64,000 nt of DNA from Gemmatimonadota bacterium (GCA_036679645.1 JAZDCY010000068.1:17715-81714); one strand, 5' to 3'. Shown: positions 1 to 10,050, counted from the first letter of the stretch. Program-made: numbers and translations. The notes: generated by a model from the letters alone, not told the origin.

Positions 1-294
1 CTGATACGCCGCCGTCAGGCCGCTGATACCGGCCCCGACGACCACGAGGTCGTAGTGCTCGTCGAGGTCAACGGGATTGTCGAATCGGACACCTTCGCGA
101 GCGAGGGCGTGCGCGGTTTCGAACGAACCCGGATGTGAGCCCCGCATTCCAGTCCTGGTGGGCGGGTAGTCTGCGCCCGGGGGTATCACGGTGTTGCCCG
201 CGGTCTCGCTCCGACACCCGGTGGTCGCCATGAGGCCCAACGCGGCGAGGCTGGTGTCATGGATGAAATCGCGACGGCTGATCTGTCGCTGCAT
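1..294 (-). CDS. Tat-exported FAD-dependent oxidoreductase, spermidine dehydrogenase-like; 5' part only, runs off the window
   Basis: Not in the ORF track. Manual translation from ATG 294: MQRQISRRDFIHD...YPPTRTGMRGSHPGSFETAHALA...HYDLVVVGAGISGLTAAYQ. Twin-Arg SRRDF motif, the YPP..TG.RGSHPGSFE.AH motif recalled from spermidine dehydrogenase homologs, and GAGISG dinucleotide-binding motif. Confidence 0.8.
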   Translation of the reverse strand, partial: MQRQISRRDFIHDTSLAALGLMATTGCRSETAGNTVIPPGADYPPTRTGMRGSHPGSFETAHALAREGVRFDNPVDLDEHYDLVVVGAGISGLTAAYQ

Positions 295-711
295 GCCGAG
301 TTCGCGATCCGATTTTCTCAACTCGACTCCTCGTCAGGTACTCAGCTCTTCAAGCGATCGACGCCGGCATCGTGCCCCGACGAGGCGCAGCGGGCCACGC
401 CGCCCGGCGTCACCCGCCTCACGACTTTACGAGGCTGCTGCGCTCGTGAAGATGCAGCCCGCAAGCGAAGCGCGCGAGCCGGCGGAAACCGTTTTCCCGA
501 CTGCTTCGGAGGCCGAGTCGTTCCTCGTCACTTCATTCATCATGGAGGTTCCGCAGCGGGCCCGCAGGGCGAAGCAAGGGGAGCGGGCCTAGACACGCAG
601 ACGCATAAACGCGCGAGGCGCTAAATCGTTTAATCACATCAGGTTACGTGATTGTGTTACGGCAACGACATTGACCGCCGTCAACCACAACCAGCATCGC
701 CACCAAGTTTT

Positions 712-740
712 TTGGCCACTAGCTCGGCTAGAGCTATAAT
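712..740 (+). promoter_or_regulatory. candidate sigma-70 promoter for the first hipBA-like operon
   Basis: TTGGCC (712-717), 17 nt, TATAAT (735-740) in an AT-rich intergenic stretch. Confidence 0.45.
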
Positions 741-840
741 CGCATTTGCCAGAATAACTTATGTGAGTTACATATAGGGTACTTTTGAGCGTATAGTGCG
801 GCCCACACACCCTTTTTGTAACCACGATAGGACCCCGCCC

Positions 841-1074
841 ATGGAGATCCAAAACGTCAGAGCGCTGGGACAAACGATCCGCCGACGGCGGGAATCTGTG
901 GGCCTCACCGCAGCCGAGACGGCCGAGCTCGCGAGAGTCAGCCGACGGTTGCTGCTCGAGTTGGAGCTGGGCAAAAGGGCGAACGTCGGCTTCTCCAAGG
1001 TCCTCAGTATTCTCACCCTGCTGGGGCTCCGGGTTGACGTCGCGCCCCGTGGACTACCGGGCAGCCGTTCATAG
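841..1074 (+). CDS. XRE/Cro-type HTH protein, HipB-like antitoxin
   Basis: MEIQNVRALGQTIRRRRESVGLTAAETAELARVSRRLLLELELGK is an HTH_3 pattern; lies 9 nt upstream of a HipA gene. ATG 841 preferred over GTG 796. Confidence 0.85.
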   Translation: MEIQNVRALGQTIRRRRESVGLTAAETAELARVSRRLLLELELGKRANVGFSKVLSILTLLGLRVDVAPRGLPGSRS

Positions 1075-1083
1075 ACCAGACGA

Positions 1084-2334
1084 ATGTTTGACGTTTACCT
1101 ACACGAGAAGTGCGTCGGACTCCTCCAGGCACGTGGTCGTGGACTCAGGTTCACCTACACCCCTCGAGCCTTGGAACTCGATACTCATCCGCCGCTCTCG
1201 CTGTCCCTGCCAAAACGCGCCAGACCATATGCCGACAGTGAGGCCGGCCCGTTTTTCAGGAACCTCCTTCCTGAGCAGGCCTACAGAAGACTTGTGGCGA
1301 CGGCGGCCCGAACCGCTCCGGAGAACAGTCTGCTTCTGCTGGGTGCGATTGGGGGTGAGTGTCCCGGCGCGGTTTCAATCTGGCCCAAAGACATCCAGCC
1401 TCCGACGACGCGTGAATATGAAGCGCTCACTGATGCCAGGTTGAAAGATCTGTTCTCACGACAATCGCGTGCCCCTCTCGCTACTGCCGTCACACGTGGT
1501 CGACTCTCCCTGCCAGGCGTCCAGGAGAAGATTGCGTTACTGAGAAGAGACGACACATGGCATCTGCCGCTGAAGGGTGCTGTTACCAGCCACATTCTGA
1601 AGCAGGCTACGGAGGCTTTCCGTTTCCTCCTGGAGAACGAGTTGTTCTGCATGTCGCTCGCGTCCCGCACCGGATTGGATGTTCCCGACATTAGCTTGGC
1701 GACCCCGGATGTCAGAGTGTTTTGTACCGAGCGCTTCGATCGTGTGCGACCGACGGTCGAAGCGGACCCACCCATCGAGAAGCTTCACCAAGAGGATTTC
1801 TGTCAGATCCTGAGGGTCGATCCCCAAAACAAATACGAACGAGATGGTGGACCAGGAATTCGCACCTGCTCGGAGGTTATCCGGCGGTATTCCAGCCTGC
1901 CCGCAGAGGATCTCATCCGTCTGGCGCGGTGGATTGGTTTCAACTACGTGATTGGCAACGAGGACGCACACGCCAAGAACCTTGCGCTCCTGTACACTCC
2001 GGAGGGGCTACGACTTTCACCACACTACGATCTGGTTAGCACAGAAGTCTATCCGGAACTCGAGCGAAGTCAGTCGATGAAGATCGGCGGCGCGTGGGAT
2101 ATTCGTAATGTGCAAAGGAACGATTGGGTCAGGTTTGCGAAGAACGTCGGTCTACCCGAGAACAGGGTGCGTGTGCTGCTCCTGGAAGTTGCTGATCTCA
2201 CAAAGAGGGCACTGCCGGATGTCACCGCCATGTGCGAGGCGCGCTTTGGTGACTCTCCGATCTACACGCAGATTGCAGATGTCGTCTCTTTGCGCTCGGA
2301 CCGGCTACATAGAGAGCTTGCCGCGCAAACATAG
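1084..2334 (+). CDS. hipA: HipA-family toxin kinase
   Basis: N-terminal LSLSLP...PFFRNLLPE couple domain; LSLPGVQEK P-loop, HILK, ENE, ERFDR, LHQEDFCQ, GNEDAHAKN, SPHYD motifs. Confidence 0.95.
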   Translation: MFDVYLHEKCVGLLQARGRGLRFTYTPRALELDTHPPLSLSLPKRARPYADSEAGPFFRNLLPEQAYRRLVATAARTAPENSLLLLGAIGGECPGAVSIWPKDIQPPTTREYEALTDARLKDLFSRQSRAPLATAVTRGRLSLPGVQEKIALLRRDDTWHLPLKGAVTSHILKQATEAFRFLLENELFCMSLASRTGLDVPDISLATPDVRVFCTERFDRVRPTVEADPPIEKLHQEDFCQILRVDPQNKYERDGGPGIRTCSEVIRRYSSLPAEDLIRLARWIGFNYVIGNEDAHAKNLALLYTPEGLRLSPHYDLVSTEVYPELERSQSMKIGGAWDIRNVQRNDWVRFAKNVGLPENRVRVLLLEVADLTKRALPDVTAMCEARFGDSPIYTQIADVVSLRSDRLHRELAAQT

Positions 2335-2573
2335 GCGTCGGATCCTTCACCACTCGTGCAACGTCGCCCCTAAGGAGAGTGCGTGTCGCCCTGGTACCTT
2401 GGGCGCACGAGCGACGGATTCTTCGTGAAACTCAGTTACCTGTGGCGGGCGTAAGGGCTAAGCTGGCGAGCGGGTGTAAGTGGCGCAGTTACACCAGCTT
2501 ACGGATTCATGTCAAGGTGAGGAGTTTTGCTGGTGCAATAGAATATGCCCCTGTTGTTTGGGGGTGATAATTA

Positions 2574-2640
2574 TTGTATCCCATGGTCGTGTGTGGTATA
2601 ATAGAGTATATCTTATACGCATTAAGATAAACTCTATTAT
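2574..2640 (+). promoter_or_regulatory. sigma-70 promoter overlapped by an 18-bp inverted-repeat operator
   Basis: TTGTAT (2574-2579), 17 nt, TATAAT (2597-2602) with extended TG at 2594-2595; ATAATAGAGTATATCTTA-7nt-TAAGATAAACTCTATTAT (2598-2640), one mismatch. Confidence 0.75.
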
Positions 2641-2655
2641 GCTGGACATGTGATC

Positions 2656-2997
2656 ATGCCACATCGCAACATCAACAAACTCGCCGCCCCTGCAGCCGTC
2701 ACCTCCGCCATCCAGCAACTCGGCGCCAACATCACCACCGCCCGCGTGCGACGGGGACTCCGGCAGGAAGATCTGGCCAGAAAGGCCGGCATTAGCAAAG
2801 TCACCATGAATCGCATCGAGGCTGGCGCCCTCGGTACCGGCATCGGTGCGTACACCGCCGTACTCTGGGCCATGGGACTTCACGATGCCGTGACGCGGTT
2901 GGCCCATCCCGACGACGACGTGGAGGGAACCACCCTGGAGGCTGCCAGACAGCCTGCGCGCGTCGGGATTTCGCGCGAACTGAGCGATGACTTCTAA
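2656..2997 (+). CDS. XRE-family HTH protein, antitoxin partner of the second HipA-like kinase
   Basis: LGANITTARVRRGLRQEDLARKAGISKVTMNRIEAG HTH; overlaps the downstream kinase start by 11 nt. Start could also be GTG 2650. Confidence 0.85.
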   Translation: MPHRNINKLAAPAAVTSAIQQLGANITTARVRRGLRQEDLARKAGISKVTMNRIEAGALGTGIGAYTAVLWAMGLHDAVTRLAHPDDDVEGTTLEAARQPARVGISRELSDDF

Positions 2998-4246
2998 GGA
3001 ATGCTTCGTCTACCTCCAGCTCCCGCAGTCGCTCCGTGTCGTGCCCTGCGCTCGGTTCGTTCGGGAGCAAACGCGCGACGGCGCCTTCATCGGCCGACTG
3101 ATCTACGGGCGTTCGTTTCTCGGCCGTGAGGATGCCGTCGCCCTCGACCCGTTTCAGCTTCCGCTGAGTCCTCGGGAGTACCGTACCGCCAAGCTGAGCG
3201 GGATGTTCGGCGTGCTGCGGGACGCCGCGCCCGACGCGTGGGGTCGGAGGGTCATCGAGCACCGGCTGGGTCACCAGGATCTGGATGAGTTCGACTACCT
3301 AAGGGCGGCGGGTGACGACCGTGCGGGCGCGCTGTCGTTCGGCTCCACGGCGGTGCCACGTCGCCGCCGAACCATCTATCGGTCCGTCATGCAGCTTGCG
3401 GAACTCCAAAGGGCCGCCGCCGCCGTAGAGGAGGACCGACAGGGTGATCCGCTGGCTCAGCACGTTGCCGAGTTGCTTGCCCCGGGTAGCTCGATGGGTG
3501 GAGCGCGGCCTAAGGCCGTAGTCGAGGATGATGCCGGGTTGTGGATTGCCAAGTTCCCAACGAGGGGCGATCGCTGGAACAACGCGCCCGTCGAAGCGGC
3601 GATGCTCGAGTTGGCCTCACGGTGCGGGATTCGCGTCCCGGAAACGAGAATCGAGCGCATCGCCGGCGAGTCCGTCCTGCTCGTCCGGAGGTTCGATCGG
3701 GCGCGCGCAGACGGTGGATACCACCGGCACCGGATGGTTAGCGCCCTCACGGTGCTGGACGCGGAAGAGAGCACAGTGGACCGGCGAAACTGGTCCTACG
3801 TCCTCCTCGCCGATGAGCTGCAACGTTGGTCGACCGACCCGACCCGGGACAAGCACGAGCTGTTCCGGCGGGTCGTGCTCAACGGGTTGATCTCGAATAC
3901 CGACGACCATCCACGTAACCACGCGCTCATCGCTCCGGGTAAGGAATGGATGCTCGCACCCGCGTACGATCTCACGCCGAACCCGATGCACGCCATCGAA
4001 CGGCGCGACTTGGCACTTGCGTGCGGCCGCTTCGGTCGAGTAGCCAGGCGGGACAACATCTTGTCCCAGGCACCACGCTTCGGTCTGTCACCTGAAGATG
4101 CGAACGCCGTGATCGATGAGATGCAACAGATCGTCAACACTGATTGGAGAGAGACCGTTCGCGCCGCAGGTGGAAGCGACGCGGATGTGGGCGCCGTCGA
4201 GAGAGCGTTTGCGTACGAAGGGTTCGAGTATTCGACGGGAGGGTAG
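2987..4246 (+). CDS. HipA-domain toxin kinase of a second subfamily
   Basis: DAAPDAWGRR, SSMGGARPK, WIAKFP, RRFDR, NTDDHPRNH, APAYD motifs. Confidence 0.92.
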   Translation: MTSKECFVYLQLPQSLRVVPCARFVREQTRDGAFIGRLIYGRSFLGREDAVALDPFQLPLSPREYRTAKLSGMFGVLRDAAPDAWGRRVIEHRLGHQDLDEFDYLRAAGDDRAGALSFGSTAVPRRRRTIYRSVMQLAELQRAAAAVEEDRQGDPLAQHVAELLAPGSSMGGARPKAVVEDDAGLWIAKFPTRGDRWNNAPVEAAMLELASRCGIRVPETRIERIAGESVLLVRRFDRARADGGYHRHRMVSALTVLDAEESTVDRRNWSYVLLADELQRWSTDPTRDKHELFRRVVLNGLISNTDDHPRNHALIAPGKEWMLAPAYDLTPNPMHAIERRDLALACGRFGRVARRDNILSQAPRFGLSPEDANAVIDEMQQIVNTDWRETVRAAGGSDADVGAVERAFAYEGFEYSTGG

Positions 4247-4251
4247 CACGT

Positions 4252-5049
4252 TCACAGGTCCCGCTTCTGGAACCGCCAGAACGCGATTGCGGTCGTCCCC
4301 GCGAATACCGCCAACAGTACCATCACGTTCACGACGCGCGTCTCGCCTCTGATTGCCAGCTCGACCGGCTTGAAGTAGTGGAATGGGCTCGCCCACTGAG
4401 CCCACCGGAGCGCGTTCCACGTGCCGCCGAGGACCTCCAGGAGGTAGAGCGCCAACACCAGACCCACCGATCCGGCGGCTGCCTGGCCCCGGCGACCGGC
4501 CCCCGCGGAGAGCATCAGCGTCATGCCACCGAGGGCCAGCAGCAAAGCGGAGAATGCGACCGCACTCATGACGTAGCGCGTCCACCGTAGCTCGCCCGCT
4601 CCCTGTACCATCGCGAGCCCGACGACGCTTCCCGTCATGAGCGCCGCGGGCAAGAGCACCGCCGCCAAGACCAGTAGGACCAGCACGCCGGCGAGGTAAT
4701 GCATGCGGGGAAGCGGGCGGGCGATCACCAATTCGAGAATGCCCGACTCGCGCTCGCCGGCGGGTATCGTACCGGCAACGACTACGAACGCGACCGACGC
4801 GACGAGCACGGCCGGATGCTGGAACCCAAACGCGACGGCCGCGGGGAATGAGACAAACGCTATCTGGGAGCTGACAAGATTGCGCATCGTCTCGGGCAAC
4901 ATCTGGATGATGTCCTGCAACCCGGGGCCGCGGTCGAGCGATGCCACGACTTGGATCAGCATGATCTCGATGCTGGCGAGCCCAAGCATCAGAACAAGCA
5001 GAAGGCGGCGATGGTGCCGAACGTTGCGCGCGACCAACACGGCGATCAT
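4252..5049 (-). CDS. ABC-2 type transporter permease
   Basis: Several hydrophobic segments; GERESGILELVIARPLPR and SPFHY motifs; C-terminal FQKRDL; coupled to the ABC ATPase. Confidence 0.9.
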   Translation of the reverse strand: MIAVLVARNVRHHRRLLLVLMLGLASIEIMLIQVVASLDRGPGLQDIIQMLPETMRNLVSSQIAFVSFPAAVAFGFQHPAVLVASVAFVVVAGTIPAGERESGILELVIARPLPRMHYLAGVLVLLVLAAVLLPAALMTGSVVGLAMVQGAGELRWTRYVMSAVAFSALLLALGGMTLMLSAGAGRRGQAAAGSVGLVLALYLLEVLGGTWNALRWAQWASPFHYFKPVELAIRGETRVVNVMVLLAVFAGTTAIAFWRFQKRDL

Positions 5050-5966
5050 CTGTCGTTCCCTTTGTAGTAACGGACGAACGCGTCCTCGAGGCTCGGCTCG
5101 TGAAACGTGAGGGCCCTCACCGAGTGACGGGCCAGCACCCGCAGCAACGGATCCAGCTCGCCGGTGATGCTGAGCTCGGCCTCGGCTCCCTCCGCCCGCA
5201 GCACCCGGACACCGGGCACGTTCAACTCATCCACCGGTGCGGTGCCATTGAACCGCACCGTCATTGTCCGCACCGCCGCGCGGCGCATCTCGTCGATCCG
5301 CTCGACGGCCACCAGCCGTCCCTCGCGCAGGATCGCCACGCGCGTGCAGGTCCGGTCGACCTCGGTCAACACATGGGAGGAGTGAAACACTGTGCGGCCG
5401 GCGCGGCTCGTCTCTGACAGCAGCTCGAAGACCGATTCCCGCACCAGCGGATCGAGCCCCGTGGTCGGCTCGTCGAGAATGAGCAGATCGGGATCATGCT
5501 GGAACGCCGATACCAACCCGATCCGCTGTTTCGTGCCGCGCGAATCGTCCCGGATGGGCCGGGCGAGATCGGCGGGCGTCAGATACAACCGCTCGCACAG
5601 TTCGGCCCGTCGCTGTGGCGCCGCGGGGCGCGCGGTATCGGGACGGAGTGCGTCCAGAAATCGGAGCATCTCGTGCCCCGTCAGCCGCTCGTCGAGCGAC
5701 AACTCGCCCGGGAGATAGCCTATTGACGTACGCACCGACGGATCGCGCGGCGAACGACCCAATACGAGGGCCTCGCCGCGGGTGGGACGGATCAGGTCCA
5801 GCAACAAGCGGATGGTCGTGGTCTTCCCCGCCCCGTTGGGCCCGAGAAAGCCAAAGACTTCGCCTCGTTCCACGATGAGGTCGAGCGCCTCCACCCCGAC
5901 CGTGTCGCCATAGTGCTTGGTGAGATCGCGGGCCTCAATCACCGTTTGGGTCATCTCGGTCCCCAT
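5046..5966 (-). CDS. ABC transporter ATP-binding protein
   Basis: Walker A GPNGAGKTT, degenerate signature DSRGTKQR, Walker B LLILDEPTTGLDP, SSH switch. Confidence 0.95.
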   Translation of the reverse strand: MGTEMTQTVIEARDLTKHYGDTVGVEALDLIVERGEVFGFLGPNGAGKTTTIRLLLDLIRPTRGEALVLGRSPRDPSVRTSIGYLPGELSLDERLTGHEMLRFLDALRPDTARPAAPQRRAELCERLYLTPADLARPIRDDSRGTKQRIGLVSAFQHDPDLLILDEPTTGLDPLVRESVFELLSETSRAGRTVFHSSHVLTEVDRTCTRVAILREGRLVAVERIDEMRRAAVRTMTVRFNGTAPVDELNVPGVRVLRAEGAEAELSITGELDPLLRVLARHSVRALTFHEPSLEDAFVRYYKGNDR

Positions 5967-6057
5967 CCACCAATATTACCCGGCTGGTGGACGGGTGCGC
6001 CAACACCCTGTCGCGATATCGATAGCACGAGGTGCAATCTGCCGGTAGCTTCTGCGC

Positions 6058-7930
6058 ATGGCTTCCGAGTGGCGTGAATGTCCGCAGTGCGGGACCCGGA
6101 TCGATCCCGGGGACACGAGCTGTCGTGTGTGTGGTGCCGCGCCGCCCACGGCGGTCACAGTTGTCAGCGACTCATCGATAGAGCCCGCGAGCGCTGCGGA
6201 CCTGGAGCAGCTCACCGTCGAGTTGCGCGAGGCGATCACTCCCGGCATCCAGCTGATCCGCTATCTCGCCTCCGGCGGTATGGGCGCGGTGTTCCTCGGG
6301 CGGGATCCCCAACTTCGACGCCTGGTGGTGATCAAGGTGTTGGGGCCGGCGCTCGCGAACGACGACGTGGCCCACGCGCGCTTTCTCCGCGAGGCGCAGG
6401 CGGCGGCGAGCCTCGCCCATCCGCATGTGGTGTCGGTCTATCAGGTTGGCGAACTGCCCCAGTCAGGTGTCCCGTACTTCGTGATGCAGTACATCGATGG
6501 CGTCACGCTACAGGCCCAGATGCAATCGACGGGCGCCTTTGGCGAATCGGAGGCAAAGCGCGTCGTTGGCGAGATCGCTTCGGCGCTTGCGGCCGCGCAC
6601 GAACGAGGCCTGATCCATCGCGACATCAAGCCGGCGAATGTGATGCTCGATCGCGAGAGCGGTCGTGCGATCGTGTTGGACTTCGGAATCGCGGCGGCGG
6701 TCGAGCAGGACCGTGCAGGCGAGGACCTCACGCTCACCGCAATCGGGACGATCGTCGGGACGCCCGTGTACATGAGTCCCGAACAGGCCGTAGGCGGAGC
6801 AGTGACACCACAGAGCGACATCTACAGCCTCGGCGTGCTCGCCTTCGAGATGGTGAGTGGGAATCCGCCATTCACCGGCGACACGCCAATGGAGCTGATT
6901 GCGGCCCATGTCAAGGATCCGGCACCACCTATCCGCAAGTTGCGATCCGATCTCGATGCGCAGTTCGCGGACCTCGTCGATCGTTCACGCGTTGTTGGTG
7001 TTGTCGCTGGACCTGCGCCGCGCGGGCACCGACGCGTGGGCCGTAGATACCGTTGGTCTGGACGCCCTTATCGACCGTTATCGCCCACCCGATAAAGCGC
7101 CGCGGGACATCGCATTCTCGACGCTGATCGGCACGCTTTCCGATTCGCTCCGTGGAGCGTTCGCGCGTGATACCCTCGAACCCATCGTAGCGCTGTGGCG
7201 CCGGCAGGCGGTTGGTGGTGCTCCCCCCACCCTATGGATGTTCAACGAGGACCTGTATGGGTTGCAGGAGATGGTCCGATTTCCCACGCGCGGTCCGCCC
7301 AAACGTCTCTTGGCGTTGGCGCGCGATTTCGGGCAACGAAACCAACGCGTCGCGGTCCTGGCAGAGGTGAGTGGTCGCCGCCGGGAGTCGGAACGCCGCG
7401 CGCGCGAGATCATCGCCATCGGCCACGATCTTGTCCGTCAGCCGGTACTCCGGATGGCGGAAACCGGATCGGATCTCGTGCGCGACGGAGCGGAGGCATT
7501 GCAGTGGATCGGCGGAGTGCGCGATGACGCCGCGTTGCGGGACGAAGGCGCCCTCTTACTCGCGACGTTCGACTCGGCATCCGTGAATCGCTGGTCCGGG
7601 TTCTGGAAACCAAGCGGCAGGGGCTGGACCACGTGGCACAACGGCGGTTCCTTGCTCATGCTGGACCCCGTTTCACCACCGGGACTCGACGTCGTCGCCG
7701 ATACCGCGCTCGCCCCGTTCGTACGGTGGGAATTGGTGCGCAGCGTATACACGTCTTATTGCCTCAGCATTCGTGAAATGTGTTTTGGAGTCGATCCACG
7801 ACGCCTCGATCTCCTCACGCGTGTCGCGACCGTGACACGGGACTTACCGCACATCGACGCGTACATCGCCCGGCTGGAAGAGGCGATGCTAGGTGAGCAT
7901 CCGTCCTTCACCGAGTGCGCCGATTTTTGA
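6058..7930 (+). pseudogene. zinc-ribbon Ser/Thr protein kinase, apparently broken near 6985 and continuing in another frame (6899..7930 ORF)
   Basis: CPQC...CRVC, GGMGAV, VIK, HRDIKPAN, DFG, GTPVYMSPE, SDIYSLG are present. The frame degenerates after FADLVDR, before kinase subdomain XI. Plausible coding sequence (IVHALLVLSLDL...) continues in a different frame to 7930. Confidence 0.6.
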
Positions 7931-7994
7931 ACCCGGTGTTGCGTTCGTGTGAAACGGGTTTGGGATGGCTCGCTCGAGTCGGCGCCTCAGCTCA

Positions 7995-8336
7995 CTAGAA
8001 CGGCGCCGCGTCATCCTCGCTGTCAGAACCCTCCGGCTCCTCCGGCGTTGGAGGCTTGTCGTCCCCCTTGGCGCGCTCGATCTTCCAGGCCTTCACATCC
8101 GTATACCAGCGGCCGTTGTACTCGCGGCTCTGAATATCGATGTGCGCCGTGATCGTTTCGCCCGATTGAACGGCAAACTTGTCGATGCTGTCACCCCATT
8201 GAATGATGCAGACGTCCTTGGGGTAATCGCCCGGAGTCCTGAGGATGAACGCCTGTTTCCTCCAAGTCCCGTTCCGTCCGGTTCCGGTTTCTTCTTCGAG
8301 GACGCTGGTGACCTCGCCAGTGATTGTCAGGCTCAT
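7995..8336 (-). CDS. DUF3127-family OB-fold protein with an SSB-like acidic tail
   Basis: MSLTITG...W.KQ.F...YPK...IDIQSREYNGRWYTDVKAWKI; C-terminus SEDDAAPF. Confidence 0.85.
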   Translation of the reverse strand: MSLTITGEVTSVLEEETGTGRNGTWRKQAFILRTPGDYPKDVCIIQWGDSIDKFAVQSGETITAHIDIQSREYNGRWYTDVKAWKIERAKGDDKPPTPEEPEGSDSEDDAAPF

Positions 8337-8425
8337 GGTATTCTTGCGGTGGAGGGAATCCTTCGCTTCAGCCAACGCGGCCAATATGCGCCCCACGCCA
8401 CGCGACCGTCAAACGCGCTCAAGCG

Positions 8426-9787
8426 CTAATTGTTCGCCAAATCTCGCACGACCTCCGCGACCCCAGCGACTACCCGCGCCATCTTCTCGTAGTTGAGGCG
8501 GTCCGGGGTATCGGTGGATTGGTGGTAGTGCGGATTGCGGAACGGCGCCGTATCTGTAATCATGATCGCCTTGAATCCGTGAATCCAGAACGGGGCGTGG
8601 TCAGACCACCATACGCCTGGAATCTGCTCGGGCGCGGCAACACCCTGCGAGGGGAACCGTGTCGTCCGGCGGAACGTGGCAATGCTGCGCCGCACGAGGG
8701 CCCGTGACGGGAGGTTGCCGACGAATCCAATGAAGTTGCCAACGTCAGGGTAGAACAAATTGAACGGTGGAGGATAGCCCTGACTGCCCTCCCCCTCCTG
8801 ATAGAAGCCCACCGTCTCGAGAGAGATCATCGCAACGATATTGTCGTCCTGCTCCGCCGCGCGTGCGGCGTATTGCCAACTCCCCATCCACTTGGTGCTG
8901 AAGAATGGAGGCTCTTCGTTCACGAACGCAACGAACCTGACCGTACGACCGAGCTGCTCGTCCCGCAGGAGCCGCGCCAACTCGAGCACGGCTGCCGTAC
9001 CGCTCGCATTGTCATCTGCTCCCGGAGTGCCCTCGACACTGTCATAGTGCCCACCGACTACCACGATCTCGTCCGGGCGATCACGCCCGCGAATGGCCCC
9101 CTCGATATTTTCGAACGTGCGGCCGCCGTACTCATACGGTTGTCGTGACACTTCGTAGCCCAACGACATGAACGAGCTGTCGACGTAGTCGGCCGCCACC
9201 CTCAAACGGTCCAGCGTGCCATCATTTCGCTCCCCTATCTCGCTCGCCAACGTCCACACCGTTGCTTCCAGCCGAGCCATGCTCACTTCCTCGGCTTGCG
9301 TGAGCGGGGGAAGTGTGTCGGTGAAAGAGGCGCCAGGCATGGCTATCATGTATACGACCAATGCAGCGAACACGGCGGTGGGCCCGAGCGTCAACACCAG
9401 TATGCGTGCCACGATGCGTTGCCACAGGAGCAGCACGGCGTGGATGATGATCCAGCACGGAATCGCGAACTCGAGAATATTTATGAACGCACTGGTCTGG
9501 ACTGGCTGGCCGGCAATGCTGACCTGAGGAAACACCAAGTGCATGAGAAAGCTGACGACGGCAAATGCGGTCCAGACACCGAGCGGGTTCCGTACTTCTC
9601 GATGCCTGGTGCGCATTGCCTTGCCAAACACCGCATATGCCGTGGCCGCATACAGGACGATGTACACGAGTGTCCACAACGTTAGACCGGGGGCACGCAG
9701 GGTCACGCCCCACCAGCGAAAGAACGGGACGAGCGAGAATCCCCAGAGGAAGGTGAGCACGGCCGGCTGCAGTACTTTGCGGTCCAT
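8426..9787 (-). CDS. M28-family metallopeptidase with an N-terminal multi-pass membrane domain
   Basis: GGHYDS, PGADDNASG, FVNEEPP, SLETVG, SDH, PHYH motifs; about five hydrophobic segments at the N-terminus. Start uncertain (ATG 9787; ORF is open to 9886). Confidence 0.88.
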   Translation of the reverse strand: MDRKVLQPAVLTFLWGFSLVPFFRWWGVTLRAPGLTLWTLVYIVLYAATAYAVFGKAMRTRHREVRNPLGVWTAFAVVSFLMHLVFPQVSIAGQPVQTSAFINILEFAIPCWIIIHAVLLLWQRIVARILVLTLGPTAVFAALVVYMIAMPGASFTDTLPPLTQAEEVSMARLEATVWTLASEIGERNDGTLDRLRVAADYVDSSFMSLGYEVSRQPYEYGGRTFENIEGAIRGRDRPDEIVVVGGHYDSVEGTPGADDNASGTAAVLELARLLRDEQLGRTVRFVAFVNEEPPFFSTKWMGSWQYAARAAEQDDNIVAMISLETVGFYQEGEGSQGYPPPFNLFYPDVGNFIGFVGNLPSRALVRRSIATFRRTTRFPSQGVAAPEQIPGVWWSDHAPFWIHGFKAIMITDTAPFRNPHYHQSTDTPDRLNYEKMARVVAGVAEVVRDLANN

Positions 9788-9934
9788 TGGCCTCTTCAAT
9801 GGCGACCCGAGCCAGAATACGACTCTCGGGAGCATTTGTCCGTACGAACGGCAATGTCCATCACCACACTTCGCCGTCGGCGTCAAGCAGACACACGTGT
9901 TCTTCCCCCATCACCACCTGCTGGATCGGTTCGT

Positions 9935-10050
9935 CGAGCCGCGAGCTCAAGCCCGCCGCGCAATCTGGGAACTCATCGACGGCATCCGCGATCGTGGCAA
10001 GACCGTCTTTTTGACGACCCACCTGATGGAGGAGGCCGAGCGCCTGTGCG
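9935..10050 (+). pseudogene. remnant of an ABC transporter ATPase (post-Walker-B segment)
   Basis: QARRAIWELIDGIRDRGKTVFLTTHLMEEAERLC is a typical ABC H-switch region, with no Walker A/B upstream. Confidence 0.7.

Noticed and set aside
300..624. possible gene remnant (...RLYEAAALVK...EVPQRARRAK)
   Set aside because: Faint protein-like character only; no motif strong enough to assign without a search.
2459..2501. bulged hairpin between the two hip operons as an ncRNA
   Set aside because: Short, no promoter/terminator framing, could arise by chance.
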